Positions 40,057 to 50,728 of a stretch of 64,000 bases of DNA are shown here, one piece after another. The stretch is from Trueperaceae bacterium. Its GTDB lineage: Bacteria > Deinococcota > Deinococci > Deinococcales > Trueperaceae. Numbering within the stretch: position 1 is the stretch's first letter; each line of letters starts with the position of its first letter. The notes under the pieces were generated by a model, which was not told the origin of the DNA, searched no databases, and worked only from the letters and a program-made list of their open reading frames with translations. The stretch is from the NCBI GenBank assembly GCA_965213705.1, contig OZ243913.1:2176001-2240000 (forward strand). The letters run 5' to 3'. The position numbers and the translations under genes were made by a program.

Positions 40057-40548
40057 ATGGACGATTATATAAAGAGGCTTCTCAACCTTTTGGGCCGGCG
40101 CGACCCTATCACCGTTTTGGAAACCACCCCGCAACGCCTGGAAGGTTACCTGCTCGGCTTTTTCGACCCTGACTTCGAGCGCTCCTACGCGCCCGGAAAG
40201 TGGACGGCGCGCGAGATTTTGGCCCATTTTGCAGATGTCGAACTCGCTTTAGGTTTTCGCTTGCGGCAGGCGGTGGCTGAAGAAAACTACCGGCCGCAGC
40301 CCTTCGACCAAGACCTGTGGGCGCGGCGCTATGTAAAGCTCGAGCCCTCGCTCGCCGTCGAGACCTTTCGCGCCCTGCGCGCTTGGAACCTGGCGCTGCT
40401 CGTCACCTTTGACCTGCAAGACTGGAACGCGCACGTCGACTATCCTTTTAAAGGTATCGCCACCGTCGACGACATGGTGCGTTTTCTGGCCGGGCACGAC
40501 CTGAATCATTTGGGGCAGCTCGAGACCATCGCTCAGGAGAAACTGTAA
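40057..40548 (+). CDS. DinB-family protein
   Basis: YAPGKWTAREILAHFADVE, GHDLNHLGQ. Confidence 0.85.
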   Translation: MDDYIKRLLNLLGRRDPITVLETTPQRLEGYLLGFFDPDFERSYAPGKWTAREILAHFADVELALGFRLRQAVAEENYRPQPFDQDLWARRYVKLEPSLAVETFRALRAWNLALLVTFDLQDWNAHVDYPFKGIATVDDMVRFLAGHDLNHLGQLETIAQEKL

Positions 40549-40683
40549 GAAGTACCGAGGACCAATTGGAAAGTACCGAGCAAAACACTTTCGACTCGGT
40601 ACCGGGTGCTGTCTATTTGCTTTACAAAAGATGTCAATACATAAACGTTTCCCGACACCGCTCCTGTGGTATTGTCGTCCCTT

Positions 40684-41097
40684 ATGGCAACCGAACGTAC
40701 TTTTGCAATGGTCAAACCCGACGGCGTCAAGCGCGGTCTGGTCGGTGAAGTGGTTTCGCGGCTCGAGCGCAAGGGTTTCAAAATCCGGGAACTCAAGATG
40801 ATGCAAATCCCGCGTGAAACCGCCGAGCGCCACTACGGCGAGCACCAGGGGAAGCCCTTTTTCGACAGCTTGGTGAGCTTCATCACCAGCGGCCCGGTCG
40901 TGGCGATGATCGTCGAGGGCGAAAACGCGATTTCAGAATGGCGCAAGATGATGGGCGCGACCAACCCCGCCGACGCCGCGCCGGGCACGATTCGCGGCGA
41001 CTTCGCCAGCACCATCGACGAAAACGTCGCCCACGGCTCGGACGCTGCTGACACGGCTGAGCGTGAAATCGGCATCTTTTTCAGCGAGGCTAGCTGA
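40684..41097 (+). CDS. ndk: nucleoside-diphosphate kinase
   Basis: [23 protein letters not shown]. Confidence 0.97.
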   Translation: MATERTFAMVKPDGVKRGLVGEVVSRLERKGFKIRELKMMQIPRETAERHYGEHQGKPFFDSLVSFITSGPVVAMIVEGENAISEWRKMMGATNPADAAPGTIRGDFASTIDENVAHGSDAADTAEREIGIFFSEAS

Positions 41098-41209
41098 AGG
41101 CGGTCTCGAGCGCCGTCACCGGTAAGCCCATAAGGTACAGCTGAATGGTTCTGCGAAGACAGTTGCTACGTTGGACGTGTGCCTGGTCTCACTTTGGAGG
41201 GCCTTCACG

Positions 41210-41410
41210 GTGACGACAAACGGTACGTCTAGGTCGACTATCCGGCCCGGCTTGCGCGTCGCCGTGGTGCAAAAGCAAAACCAGCGTAGCGGCCAGCTTA
41301 CTGAAGGCATAGTGCAGACCATCCTTACTAAAAGCGCCACGCACCCGCACGGGATTAAGGTAAGGCTCGAGACGGGCGAGGTGGGGCGGGTTAAGGAGAT
41401 TTTGGGGTAA
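41210..41410 (+). CDS. YwbE-family small protein
   Basis: LTEGIVQTILTKSATHPHGIKVRLETGEVGRVKEI; GGAGG RBS. Confidence 0.88.
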   Translation: MTTNGTSRSTIRPGLRVAVVQKQNQRSGQLTEGIVQTILTKSATHPHGIKVRLETGEVGRVKEILG

Positions 41411-42104
41411 AACTTGTGTGCGCAAATACTTTGAATTCAGGAAAATGCTTTAACTCAGCATAAATTTCATCGGGTGGCTCTTTGTGCTCGAGGGCTTTCT
41501 CGAGCAGGATTGCTAGTTTGTTCTCGTTCACTTCCCGCAACTGCTTCGCCAATTCTGGACGAGAAATCGGAAAAACACCATGTTTGACCAAACGCGCTCT
41601 TGCCAGGTGAGTCAGGAGCGTTAGTAATTGCTCACGGCTTGCATTGGTGTCTCTGACAGCTAAGAGCATTCCAAGTAACTCGTCGGTCTTCTTGGCCCTT
41701 TCGAGTGCGATTTCGGCTGACGGTAGCGGCACAGCCGAAGATAAAATCTGAACGAGGTTGCTCCAGGTGTTGTTTTTATCCAGCAGGGGTTGACCTAACT
41801 TTATCGTCCATCCGAGCAAGTCGTTACCTTCTTGAACAAGAGTGACAACGTCACACACTTTAAACGTTCGTAAGTCTACATCCGTCGGGGGCGTTTCAAA
41901 AGCGTTTGCCGCTCGCTCTTGTAGGACGACCAAATCTAAATCTGCACTGGCTACACCTTCACGTACCGAAGACCCGATAGCAACGACGCTGCTTATGTTC
42001 GGGTCGGCCTCTGCCGCGACCATGAATTCTCGAAGCCAAGTTTTTGCTTCTTTACTGGGCCAGCGAAGAATGGGCTCGAGCGTAAATTTTGAACTTGAAA
42101 CCAT
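41391..42104 (-). CDS. nucleotidyltransferase (MNT)-domain protein
   Basis: GSSVR...ADLDL motif plus a helical C-terminus. Confidence 0.75.
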   Translation of the reverse strand: MVSSSKFTLEPILRWPSKEAKTWLREFMVAAEADPNISSVVAIGSSVREGVASADLDLVVLQERAANAFETPPTDVDLRTFKVCDVVTLVQEGNDLLGWTIKLGQPLLDKNNTWSNLVQILSSAVPLPSAEIALERAKKTDELLGMLLAVRDTNASREQLLTLLTHLARARLVKHGVFPISRPELAKQLREVNENKLAILLEKALEHKEPPDEIYAELKHFPEFKVFAHTSFTPKSP

Positions 42105-42112
42105 AGGAGAGT

Positions 42113-42490
42113 TTACGTCCCGACCAAGTTTCTAACTGCAGCTACATACCTCTCGACGTCAGTTACCAAGGCTCCGGCGTCAAGTTCTGGTGCTTCAACG
42201 TCTCCGTAGGCGGCTGCTTTCCGTGCAACGTTGAGATTTCGCATAAGGGTCGCAACGTTGGGTAAGCCATATTTTTTGTGAAGCTCTTCAGCGTATTTTG
42301 CTTTCTCACCGTGCTGACGCGTTTGCGGAAATCCTGAATGGCTTGCAGCCGTCATGACGGCGGCCTCGAGGCAGTACAGACCGAAACTTGCCAAAATTGC
42401 CCAGTCGATTGGGTCGTTCCCAGCACTTTGCACACGCTTCAAGTGCTCTTCAGCCAACCTCAGATAATCCTCTGGAGCTTGCTCCGCCAT
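42113..42490 (-). CDS. HEPN-like protein
   Basis: YLRLAEEHL, LEAAV, RKAAAYG; paired with the MNT gene. Confidence 0.65.
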   Translation of the reverse strand: MAEQAPEDYLRLAEEHLKRVQSAGNDPIDWAILASFGLYCLEAAVMTAASHSGFPQTRQHGEKAKYAEELHKKYGLPNVATLMRNLNVARKAAAYGDVEAPELDAGALVTDVERYVAAVRNLVGT

Positions 42491-42543
42491 TTGTCAAGTT
42501 TAGCACGTAGCAAATCCCGGTTTGGAAAGCGTTATTTGAGTTC

Positions 42544-42591
42544 AGGCTCGAGACGGGCGAGGTGGGGCGGGTCAAGGAGATTCTGGGGTGA
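42544..42591 (+). repeat. 48-bp direct repeat of the ywbE 3' end (41363-41410)
   Basis: 3 mismatches, all synonymous or stop-preserving. Confidence 0.85.
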
Positions 42592-42632
42592 GGCGCGGGC
42601 CGTGCTAAAATGTAGGTGTCTCGAGGTGAACC

Positions 42633-42875
42633 GTGCAAACCAAACTCACGCTGAGGTTGGAAAAGGCGCTCGTCGAAAAAGCGAAATTGTACGCTGAACA
42701 AAGCGGTAAATCGGTTTCGCAGATGGTGGCAGATTATTTTTCGACACTGGACGAAGATGTGTCCACTGAGCTTTCCGACCTGCCCCCGATAACGCGCTCT
42801 TTAAGTGGAATTTTGAAAAATACGAGTGTGACCGAGCAAGATTACTATGACTACCTGGAAACAAAACATCTTTAA
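42633..42875 (+). CDS. RHH antitoxin-like protein (DUF6364-like), no adjacent toxin
   Basis: TKLTLRLE...AKLYA...SVSQMVADYF...PPITRSLSGIL...YLETKH. Confidence 0.75.
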   Translation: MQTKLTLRLEKALVEKAKLYAEQSGKSVSQMVADYFSTLDEDVSTELSDLPPITRSLSGILKNTSVTEQDYYDYLETKHL

Positions 42876-42923
42876 GAATTCTTTTTAATTTCGAGGCGAG
42901 CTGACTTTTTCCTTATTTACCGT

Positions 42924-44925
42924 TTACTGGCCGCTTTCAAACCAGTTTTGCAACCAAACTTCAGCCGCCATAATAACGGGGTCGTCTGGTTTGCCGTACA
43001 AGGACCAGTCTATGGGCACCGTCGTATCAGGTTGAATAGCTTCGTCGTAAACATGCCTCAACCTGTCTGCGCCTAAATGTGCTTTGAGGAGTAACTCGGA
43101 ACCGTCTGCGAGGGCGTGCAAGCTGTTCGAACTCGTCAGCCCACCTGTTGGCAGGCCAAAGGTTCGGGTTTGCGGTCTACCCAGGAAAGCTATGACTATG
43201 AATTCTCCAGGGTAGTGGCCCACCATCAACTGACAGCAGCACGCTCAAGATTGTAGCGGACCAAGAACAGATGCAAGCAAATGAGGTGCATGTGTTCGGA
43301 CTTGGAGAAGGATAAGGTCTTTCTGACAAAGCGCGCTAGGCGTTGGCGGATAGTATTGTTAAAGCGCTCGACGTGTGCTGTAAGCCCTGAGTCTTTACCA
43401 ACAGCTTGATGCTGTTCATCGGGAACGACGGCCTGATAAGCTTCCCAGAAGTCACTAAACACCGTGCCTTGTTTATAAGCATCTGGGATGTTACGCCAAA
43501 GTTTTTGACAAGTAGCAATGCCACGTCCACCTACAACACAAGCGACCACCTGGCGTGTCTGCTTACAAAGCGCTATCCAGGCCCACCGTTTGTTACGTCT
43601 ACATCGAACAAATGACCACATCTCGTCGAGTTCGAGTTGCACCGCTTCAGGGTTCTCGGGCGTAACCAGTGTGGCGCTAAGCGGCGGTGTCGTCGCGGCT
43701 TTTTTTGAGCCATTTCGCTATTGTGGTGCGGGACACGCCGAATGTTCTGGTCAGCCCACGCATACTAGAGCGCTCCTGATACGACTTCAGTATCTCATCT
43801 TTCTTCGCTTCGCTGTACCCTTTAGTGCTCGCGTTCTCGCGACTGGACTTGCCGCACGCTCGACACAGGTACTTTTGCTTGCCGTTTGGTGCATGACCGT
43901 TCTTGACAAGCTCTTCGCTCTCGCAGTGGCAGCAACGTACAACTTTGGTGACCATTCCTTAGCTTATCAGTCTTTGCTAAACCACTACCTTCTCCAGAAC
44001 TCGAGGTTACCTCACTGGTCAGAACGGCTACGGGTGCGTCCGGCTTTTTGAGAGGCAGAAAATCCGGTATCTTAACGATGTAGTCGCCCTTCTGCTCGTT
44101 TTGGTGAGCGCGGACTTCGACCCCGTCGAAACCCCATACCCAATCGTTCGAGTCTACGATGTCAACGAAAGACCCGTAGTCACCTATACCGAGTAAGGGC
44201 GTCAGGCCCGCGAGCATCGGCCACATATTGCCACCGTCGCAGCGTCTCAAGTCGATGATCCACGCGCTGACGCTTTCGGCTTCGAGCGCATAAAACGCCT
44301 TTCTGACCTCGCTCGCGTAGTCTAGTCCACCGGGCAACTCACCATCGCCCATGTGACCAGGTAAATCTATCAAGCCGTAACCCGCAGGTGTTTTGAAACT
44401 GTTGGGCAGGGGATTGAGCGCCGCAAAGCCCAGAGCCAAAGTAACGCGGCGCTCCTGCTGGTCGAGCGGGCTGTAAAGGGTCAGCTCATGGCCCGTTCTA
44501 TAAACGGAACGGTAATGCTCAGCCCAATTTTCGACCGTGACAGCCTCGTCACCGACCTTCAAGACTCGGTCGCCGATTTTCACCCCTTGCTTGTGGGCGG
44601 GGCCGTCGGGAAAAATGTCGATGACGGTGGGTTCACTCTGGTGCAGACGCATACCGGCATGGTCGGGGCTCGCGAACGACTCAAAGGTTTCGGGCGTGTG
44701 TAGAAAGCTGTGCCCGTCGTTGAGCAGCTCGAGCAGGTCCCGAATAGCTGTGTGCGCGTCGTCGAGCGATTCGAAAGCTCGTGCCTGCGGCAACATTTCG
44801 TCTCGGATAGTCTGCCAATCGAACTCAGCGCGTTTTATCGAATGGGCCTCGATAAAGTTTAGCGCGTCCATTACCAGCTCGAGGGGCGTGGGGTGTTGAG
44901 AGGTGAGTTGAGTCATTCTCTCCAA
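42924..44925 (-). pseudogene. S41 peptidase with PDZ domain, interrupted by IS1
   Basis: DGHSFL, IIDLRRCDGGNM, TSSSGE cut by the IS; the frame resumes at GEFIVIAF...TFGLPTGG. Confidence 0.88.
43211..43989 (-). mobile_element. IS1-family insertion sequence
   Basis: ends GGTAGTGG / CCACTACC; 8-bp target duplication TTCTCCAG; InsA 43677-43955, InsB with LELDEMWSFV. Confidence 0.95.
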
Positions 44926-44968
44926 ACTGACGAAAAGGGGTAAGCGGCAACCTCAGTGCTTCGCCTGT

Positions 44969-45145
44969 TTAGCAATCAAAGCCCGAACGTTTGCAACCAG
45001 TTCGACAGGAACCTGCACGCGTTTCTTTGACGGCAAAGGCCTCTTCGTCTTTGGTGACAGCCTCGTTCTCACTTTGGGTTTCGTAGTGGTTGATGACTTG
45101 CTTGACTTTGTCTTCGCTCCAACCGGCGGGAAGTTTGTTTTTCAT
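44969..45145 (-). CDS. small hypothetical protein, possibly truncated
   Basis: MKNKLPAGWSEDKVKQVINHYE...DEEAF. Confidence 0.45.
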   Translation of the reverse strand: MKNKLPAGWSEDKVKQVINHYETQSENEAVTKDEEAFAVKETRAGSCRTGCKRSGFDC

Positions 45146-45182
45146 CTTAATTTGAGGAAGGCTCGAGCCTCCCTCCAACCCT

Positions 45183-46493
45183 CTACCCAATATCTTTAAA
45201 CGCCTTCTCAATCAACTCACACCCCGCGTCCATGTCCTGCGCCGACACGTTCAGGTGCGGCGCAATCCGAATCACGTTCCCGTAGCGCCCACCCTTGCCG
45301 ATTAAGAGCCCGTGCTTGCGCGCCGCGTTGACGAGCGCGCCGGCCTTGGCCGGGTTGGGGTCTTTGGTTCCCGGCTCGACCATCTCGAACGCTTGCATCA
45401 AGCCCATACCACGCACGTCGCCGACGAAGTCGTATTGCTTTCCCATTTCCTCCATGCGCTCACGCAACTTCGCGCCCATCGTGGCAGCATTCTCCCAGAG
45501 CTTGTTTTTCTCGATGTAGTTAATCGTCGCGTAGGCCTGCGCCATCGACACGGGGTTGCCGCCGTAGGTCGAGAGGGTGAGGCCGTCCAGCGCTCTAGCG
45601 ACCTCCGCCGTCATGACGGTACAGCCGACCGGCGCACCGTTGGCGATGCCTTTAGCAAAGGTGATGATGTCCGGCTCGACGCCCCAGTGTTCGATGCCGC
45701 ACCAGTAGTCGCCGGTCCGGCCCCAGGCGGTCTGCACCTCGTCGATGATGAGGATTCCGCCTGCCGCGCGCACAACCGGCAAGATGCGTTTAAAGTAGTC
45801 CTTCGGCGCGACCGCGAAGCCGCCGACGCCTTGGATGGGCTCGGCCATGAAGGCGGCAATTTTTCCGCTCGTACTGGTGTCGATAAAGTCTCGCAAATCC
45901 TCGACCAAAAAGTCTAAGTATTGCTCTTCACTCATGCCGTCAGGCATCCGGTAGAGGTTGGGACTGCGCACGTGTTTGATGGCTCCGTCGAACACGCCGC
46001 CCAAGCGCCAGGTCGAGTGGGCGGTCATCGACATCATGCTCATGCTGCGGCCGCTGTAGGCGTGGCGGAGCGCAATCACGTCGGTGTTGCCCGTAAACAT
46101 ACGCGCCGCCATCACGGCGGTCTCGTCGGCCTCGGTGCCGGAGTTGGTGAAGAAGCTGTACTGGAGCTTGCCGGGGGTAAGCTCGGCGATTTTCTCGGCG
46201 ACTTTGAGGGTGATTTCGTTTAGGTAGAGCGTGCTGGTGTGGCCGGTGGTGCGCAGTTGTTCGATGGTCGCTTCGACCACCTCGTCGTTGCAGTGTCCGA
46301 CCGACACGGTGAGGATGCCGCCGAAAAAGTCCAAATATTTGTTGCCCTCGACGTCCCAGAGGTACTGGTCTTTGGCGCGCTCGACCGCTAGGGGTTCGTC
46401 GCCGTAATAGAGCATCTTGCTCTGGATGGGCGGGAGGACGCGCTTTTGGCGCTCGAGCAGTTCTTGCGTTTTGGTAGGGGTGGTGACGGCCAT
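45183..46493 (-). CDS. class III aminotransferase (probably beta-alanine/AGXT2-like)
   Basis: YLDFFGGI, NSGTEA, EPIQGVGG, DEVQT, FAKGIANG; near the pyrimidine-catabolism cluster. Confidence 0.9.
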   Translation of the reverse strand: MAVTTPTKTQELLERQKRVLPPIQSKMLYYGDEPLAVERAKDQYLWDVEGNKYLDFFGGILTVSVGHCNDEVVEATIEQLRTTGHTSTLYLNEITLKVAEKIAELTPGKLQYSFFTNSGTEADETAVMAARMFTGNTDVIALRHAYSGRSMSMMSMTAHSTWRLGGVFDGAIKHVRSPNLYRMPDGMSEEQYLDFLVEDLRDFIDTSTSGKIAAFMAEPIQGVGGFAVAPKDYFKRILPVVRAAGGILIIDEVQTAWGRTGDYWCGIEHWGVEPDIITFAKGIANGAPVGCTVMTAEVARALDGLTLSTYGGNPVSMAQAYATINYIEKNKLWENAATMGAKLRERMEEMGKQYDFVGDVRGMGLMQAFEMVEPGTKDPNPAKAGALVNAARKHGLLIGKGGRYGNVIRIAPHLNVSAQDMDAGCELIEKAFKDIG

Positions 46494-46785
46494 GTTCAAC
46501 CTTTCTTTGCTGAGCTGTTCGTGTAACCTTGGCAAACAGTCTACTCCAAAGCAGGTGGTAGACGCAGCGACACACTTGTGTAGGAGGTCTGTGAGCTGGT
46601 GGTGGGCACTCTTAACACCATTGAGCCTTGCACACCGGAGCGACGCTTCACAAACGCTTCACCGTGAGCGCGCCTACTTGCAAAAGCCGCGGGCGCAACG
46701 TTACACTCGGCTCCAGACATCAAGTTTATACAGGTTTAAGTTTATACAGGGTTTGCGGGCGCTTCGTCCGAAGAAGGGGATTACG

Positions 46786-48549
46786 ATACCTGCATTTGTC
46801 AGCTTGCCCGCCTTGCTCCAAAGCCGCAAAGACGACCCCGGTTTGGCCCAGCGGGTCAAACGCTTCGGGTTGTGGCAGCGCGTGACTTGGGCCGAGCACG
46901 TCGCAAAAGTCAACGCGCTCGCGGCCTACCTCGTCGACCAAGGTTTAAAGAAGGGCGAGAAAATTGCCGTCCTGAGCGAGAACCGGCCCGAGTGGCTGGT
47001 CAGCGACCTCGCTATCCAGTCGGCGGGCGGGGTGAGCGTCGGGGTTTACACGACGAGCAGCCCCAAGCAGGTGAAGTACGTCCTTGAGCATTCCGACGCG
47101 GTAGGCCTGATTTTAGAGAACGCCGAACAGCTCGAGAAGTGGGCGGAAATTCGCGCCAGTTTGCCGGGGGTGCGCTTCGTGCTCGCCGTAGAGCCCGAAG
47201 GCTACGACGAGGTTCGGACCTTCCAGGACGCGTTGGCGACGGGCTCCAAGCTTTACCAGCAGAACCCGGACGCCGTTCAGGACCGCGTCGCCACCCTCGC
47301 CGAAGACGATACCGCCCTGATCATGTACACCTCCGGCACCACGGGCGACCCCAAGGGGGTCATGCTGAGTCACGGCAACCTGGCGTGGCTGGTCGACACC
47401 CTCATAACGACGCTTGATTACACGGCCGAGGACGAGATTGTGTCCTACTTGCCGCTGTCGCACATCGTCGAGCGGGGTGGCAGCTACGCGCACCTCAAGG
47501 CGGGCTACGTCATCAACTTCGTCGAGAACCTGGATACCTTCGCCCAGAACTTGCAAGAGATTCGCCCGACGGTGCTGTTCGCCGTGCCGCGCATCTGGGA
47601 AAAGATGCACTCGCTGGTCGAGCTTCACATGCGCGAGAACCACTTTTTCAAGCGCGCCGTGTACGACTGGGCCATGCGGGCGGTCGGGGGCCGGTTGGGG
47701 GGAAGTAAGCAGGGCGGCGGGACGAGCGCCGCCGCACCCATCGCCCACCTCACCGTCGTGCGCTGGCTCAAGCAGCGGCTCGGTTTGGACCGGCTGCGCG
47801 TCGCTATTTCGGGGGCCGCGCCCATCAGCCCGCAGATTTTGGGTTACTTTCGCGCGCTGGGCGTCGACCTGCGCGAGGGCTACGGCATGACCGAGAACGC
47901 GGGCGTCGCCAGCATCCACCAGGAGGTGTTCAAGTACGGCACCGTCGGCACGCCCTTTCCCGGCGTGGAGCTAAAAATAGCGCCCGACGGCGAAGTCTTG
48001 ACCCGGTCGGGCGGCACCTTCCAGGGTTACTACAAAGACGCCGCGGCGACCACCGCGACGATGCACGGCGACTGGCTCCTCACGGGCGACGTCGGCGTGT
48101 TGGACGAGGACGGACACCTGCGCATCACTGACCGCAAAAAAGACATCATCATCACCGCGGGCGGCAAAAACATCGCGCCGCAAAAAATCGAGAACCTGCT
48201 CAAAGCTTCCGTCTTTGTCAACGACGCTGTCGTCATCGGCGACAAGCGCAAGTATCTGGTGGCGCTCCTTGTCTTGGATGAGGACAACATCACCACCTGG
48301 GCGCGCGACCACCAAATCACCTACACGACCTACAGCGACTTAGCCACGCACGAGGCGGTCGAAAAGTTGCTCGAGGCCGAGGTCGCCGCGGCGAACAAGC
48401 AACTCGCGCGGGTCGAGACCGTCAAGCGTTTCGCCGTCTTGCCCAAGCGCCTCCACTTTGAAGACGGCGAGGTCACCGCGACCCTGAAGGTCAAGCGCTC
48501 CGCGGTCGCCAACAAGTACGCTGGGCTGATAGAGGGGCTGTACCGGTGA
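46786..48549 (+). CDS. long-chain acyl-CoA ligase (AMP-binding); start uncertain
   Basis: YTSGTTGDPKG, YLPLSH, EGYGMTE, TGDVG, DRKKD; no ATG near the RBS (ATA at 46786 or TTG at 46804). Confidence 0.9.
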   Translation: MPAFVSLPALLQSRKDDPGLAQRVKRFGLWQRVTWAEHVAKVNALAAYLVDQGLKKGEKIAVLSENRPEWLVSDLAIQSAGGVSVGVYTTSSPKQVKYVLEHSDAVGLILENAEQLEKWAEIRASLPGVRFVLAVEPEGYDEVRTFQDALATGSKLYQQNPDAVQDRVATLAEDDTALIMYTSGTTGDPKGVMLSHGNLAWLVDTLITTLDYTAEDEIVSYLPLSHIVERGGSYAHLKAGYVINFVENLDTFAQNLQEIRPTVLFAVPRIWEKMHSLVELHMRENHFFKRAVYDWAMRAVGGRLGGSKQGGGTSAAAPIAHLTVVRWLKQRLGLDRLRVAISGAAPISPQILGYFRALGVDLREGYGMTENAGVASIHQEVFKYGTVGTPFPGVELKIAPDGEVLTRSGGTFQGYYKDAAATTATMHGDWLLTGDVGVLDEDGHLRITDRKKDIIITAGGKNIAPQKIENLLKASVFVNDAVVIGDKRKYLVALLVLDEDNITTWARDHQITYTTYSDLATHEAVEKLLEAEVAAANKQLARVETVKRFAVLPKRLHFEDGEVTATLKVKRSAVANKYAGLIEGLYR

Positions 48550-49523
48550 TCCTGCGCGAACGCTTCGAGCAGGACCTGGCGCACATCGAATACCGGCACG
48601 GGCGGGCGCTGTTCGCGCTGCTCCTCGGGGCTTTCGCCCTACTGCCCTTCGTCGCGCCGGGTTACATCGTCTACAACGCCACGCTGTTTTTTATCTTCGC
48701 GCTTGTGGCGGTGGCGCTCATGGTGCTGGTGGGCTTGACCGGGCAGGTATCGCTCGGGCACGCGGGCTTCTTGGCGGCGGGGGCGTACACGACGGCGGTG
48801 CTGGTGGGGTTGGGCTGGCCCTTTTTGCTGGCGTTGCTGGCGGCGATAGCTGTGAGCGGCCTGTTGGGCCTCGTCATCGGGGTGCCTTCGTTGCGGCTCG
48901 AGGGCCCTTACCTCGCCATCGCCACGCTGGGCTTCGGGCTCGCCATCCAGCAGGTCTTGAACAATTGGAGGTTCGTGGGCGCCTCGAGCGGCACCCTCGC
49001 CGATAGGCCCGAGCTGTTCGGCATCGACTTTTACAGGGACACGCCGTACTACTTTTTCGTCTTCGTCATCGCTCTGGTATTCATCTGGACCATGTTCAAC
49101 TTGAAACGCTCGCACGTCGGGCGCGCTTTTTTGGCGGTGCGCGACGCCGAACTCGCCGCCCAGATGAGCGGCGTGAACCTCGCCTACTACAAGACGCTCG
49201 CCTTCGTCGTCTCGGCGGGTCTGACGGGCCTGGCGGGCGGGCTCTACGGCGCGCTTTTGGGCTACATCACGCCGGAGAGTTTCAACCTGCTCCTCAGCAT
49301 CAAGTTTTTACTCATGATCGTGGTGGGCGGTCTGGGCTTTTTGCCGGGCGCGATCATCGGGGCGGGCTTTGTGACGGGCCTGGAGGTCTGGCTCTCGGCG
49401 CAGGCGAACCGTTCGCAGCTCATCTTCGGGGTGCTGGTGATTCTGCTGATGCTGCTCGAGCCCACTGGCATCTACGGGCGCTGGCAGAAAATCCGCCGCT
49501 ACTGGAACACATGGCCGATGTGA
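48546..49523 (+). CDS. branched-chain-type ABC permease (LivM-like)
   Basis: GQVSLGHAGF, YLAIATL, GRAFLAVRD. Confidence 0.9.
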   Translation: MILRERFEQDLAHIEYRHGRALFALLLGAFALLPFVAPGYIVYNATLFFIFALVAVALMVLVGLTGQVSLGHAGFLAAGAYTTAVLVGLGWPFLLALLAAIAVSGLLGLVIGVPSLRLEGPYLAIATLGFGLAIQQVLNNWRFVGASSGTLADRPELFGIDFYRDTPYYFFVFVIALVFIWTMFNLKRSHVGRAFLAVRDAELAAQMSGVNLAYYKTLAFVVSAGLTGLAGGLYGALLGYITPESFNLLLSIKFLLMIVVGGLGFLPGAIIGAGFVTGLEVWLSAQANRSQLIFGVLVILLMLLEPTGIYGRWQKIRRYWNTWPM

Positions 49524-49632
49524 GGGGGCTGCGTTTGCGACACCTTGACAGAACAGCGTCCCAAACCAGCGAAGGGCCAGAGAGAAAAAGCCTTTCCCCT
49601 TTCTCCTTTCCCCTTTCTCCTGGGTTTTTTTG

Positions 49633-50643
49633 ATGGAGCAACTCTTACAAGCCCTGGTCAGCGGGCTCGCCACCGGCAGCATCTACGCGCTCATCGCGCT
49701 GGGGCTGGTGCTGCTTTACCGCACCACCCACATCCTCAACTTCGCCCACGGGGAACTCGGGCTGTTCGGCACCTTTTTGGCGTTCGTGTTTTTCAACGCG
49801 CTGGCGCTTCCCTACGCCCTCAGCTTCGTGCTGTCGCTCGTCGCGGCGCTGCTGCTCGGCGGTTTCGTCTCGCTGCTGATCATGAAACCCGGCAAGGTCG
49901 CGCTGAGCGCGGGCCTGGCGGTGCTGGTGGGGGCGCTCGCCTACGGGATTTTCCCCGTCCTCGTGGTCGCGGCGCTCGTCGGGGTACTGACCGGCTTGGC
50001 CGCCTACTTTTTTCTCGAAACCACCCCAAGCACGCCGGGTGAACTCGGGCTCATCATCCTGACGCTCGGGGTGAACTTGGGGTTGCAGGGGGTTTACGCA
50101 CTGACTTTCGGGACGAGCAACAAAAACTTGCCGCCCATCGTCGCCGACAGCATTTTTCGGCTCGGCGGCGCGGCGCTGAGCCGGACCTCGGTCATCACCT
50201 CGCTGGTCGGCGTGCTCATCATGGTGGCGCTGTGGCTGCTCCTCAACCGCACCAAAATCGGGCTCGCCATGCGGGCCGTGGCGCAACGCGAGGACGTGGC
50301 GAGGGCGCTGGGCATCCCGGTCAAGACGGTGCTGTTCGCCACCTGGGGCGTGTCGGCCTTGCTCGCCGCCGCCGCCGCGCTGCTGCTCGCGCCGACGACG
50401 CTGCTGTCGCCCACCATGATGTTCGACCCGCTGTCCAAAGGCTTCGTCGCCGCGGTCATCGGCGGCATGAACTCGCTGCCGGGGGCGATCCTGGGAGGGT
50501 ATATACTGGGGGTGCTCGAGCTGCTGGTCGGGGTGTACGTGTCGAACGAGTTCAAGGCCTCGTTCGCGTTCTTGGTCGTGATTCTCGTGCTGGTCTTCCG
50601 GCCCCACGGGCTTCTCGGTAAGCCGGAGGTCAGGCGTGTTTAG
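49633..50643 (+). CDS. branched-chain-type ABC permease (LivH-like)
   Basis: GSIYALIALG, NFAHG, GLAMRAVA, RPHGLLG. Confidence 0.9.
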   Translation: MEQLLQALVSGLATGSIYALIALGLVLLYRTTHILNFAHGELGLFGTFLAFVFFNALALPYALSFVLSLVAALLLGGFVSLLIMKPGKVALSAGLAVLVGALAYGIFPVLVVAALVGVLTGLAAYFFLETTPSTPGELGLIILTLGVNLGLQGVYALTFGTSNKNLPPIVADSIFRLGGAALSRTSVITSLVGVLIMVALWLLLNRTKIGLAMRAVAQREDVARALGIPVKTVLFATWGVSALLAAAAALLLAPTTLLSPTMMFDPLSKGFVAAVIGGMNSLPGAILGGYILGVLELLVGVYVSNEFKASFAFLVVILVLVFRPHGLLGKPEVRRV

Positions 50644-50728
50644 TGCGCCGCACCTCCCAAGCGCACGTCTTACGAAAAAGGGTTACCGGGGCGAAAGTTC
50701 AGCCACCCCGCACCCTGAAAGGAGAAAC

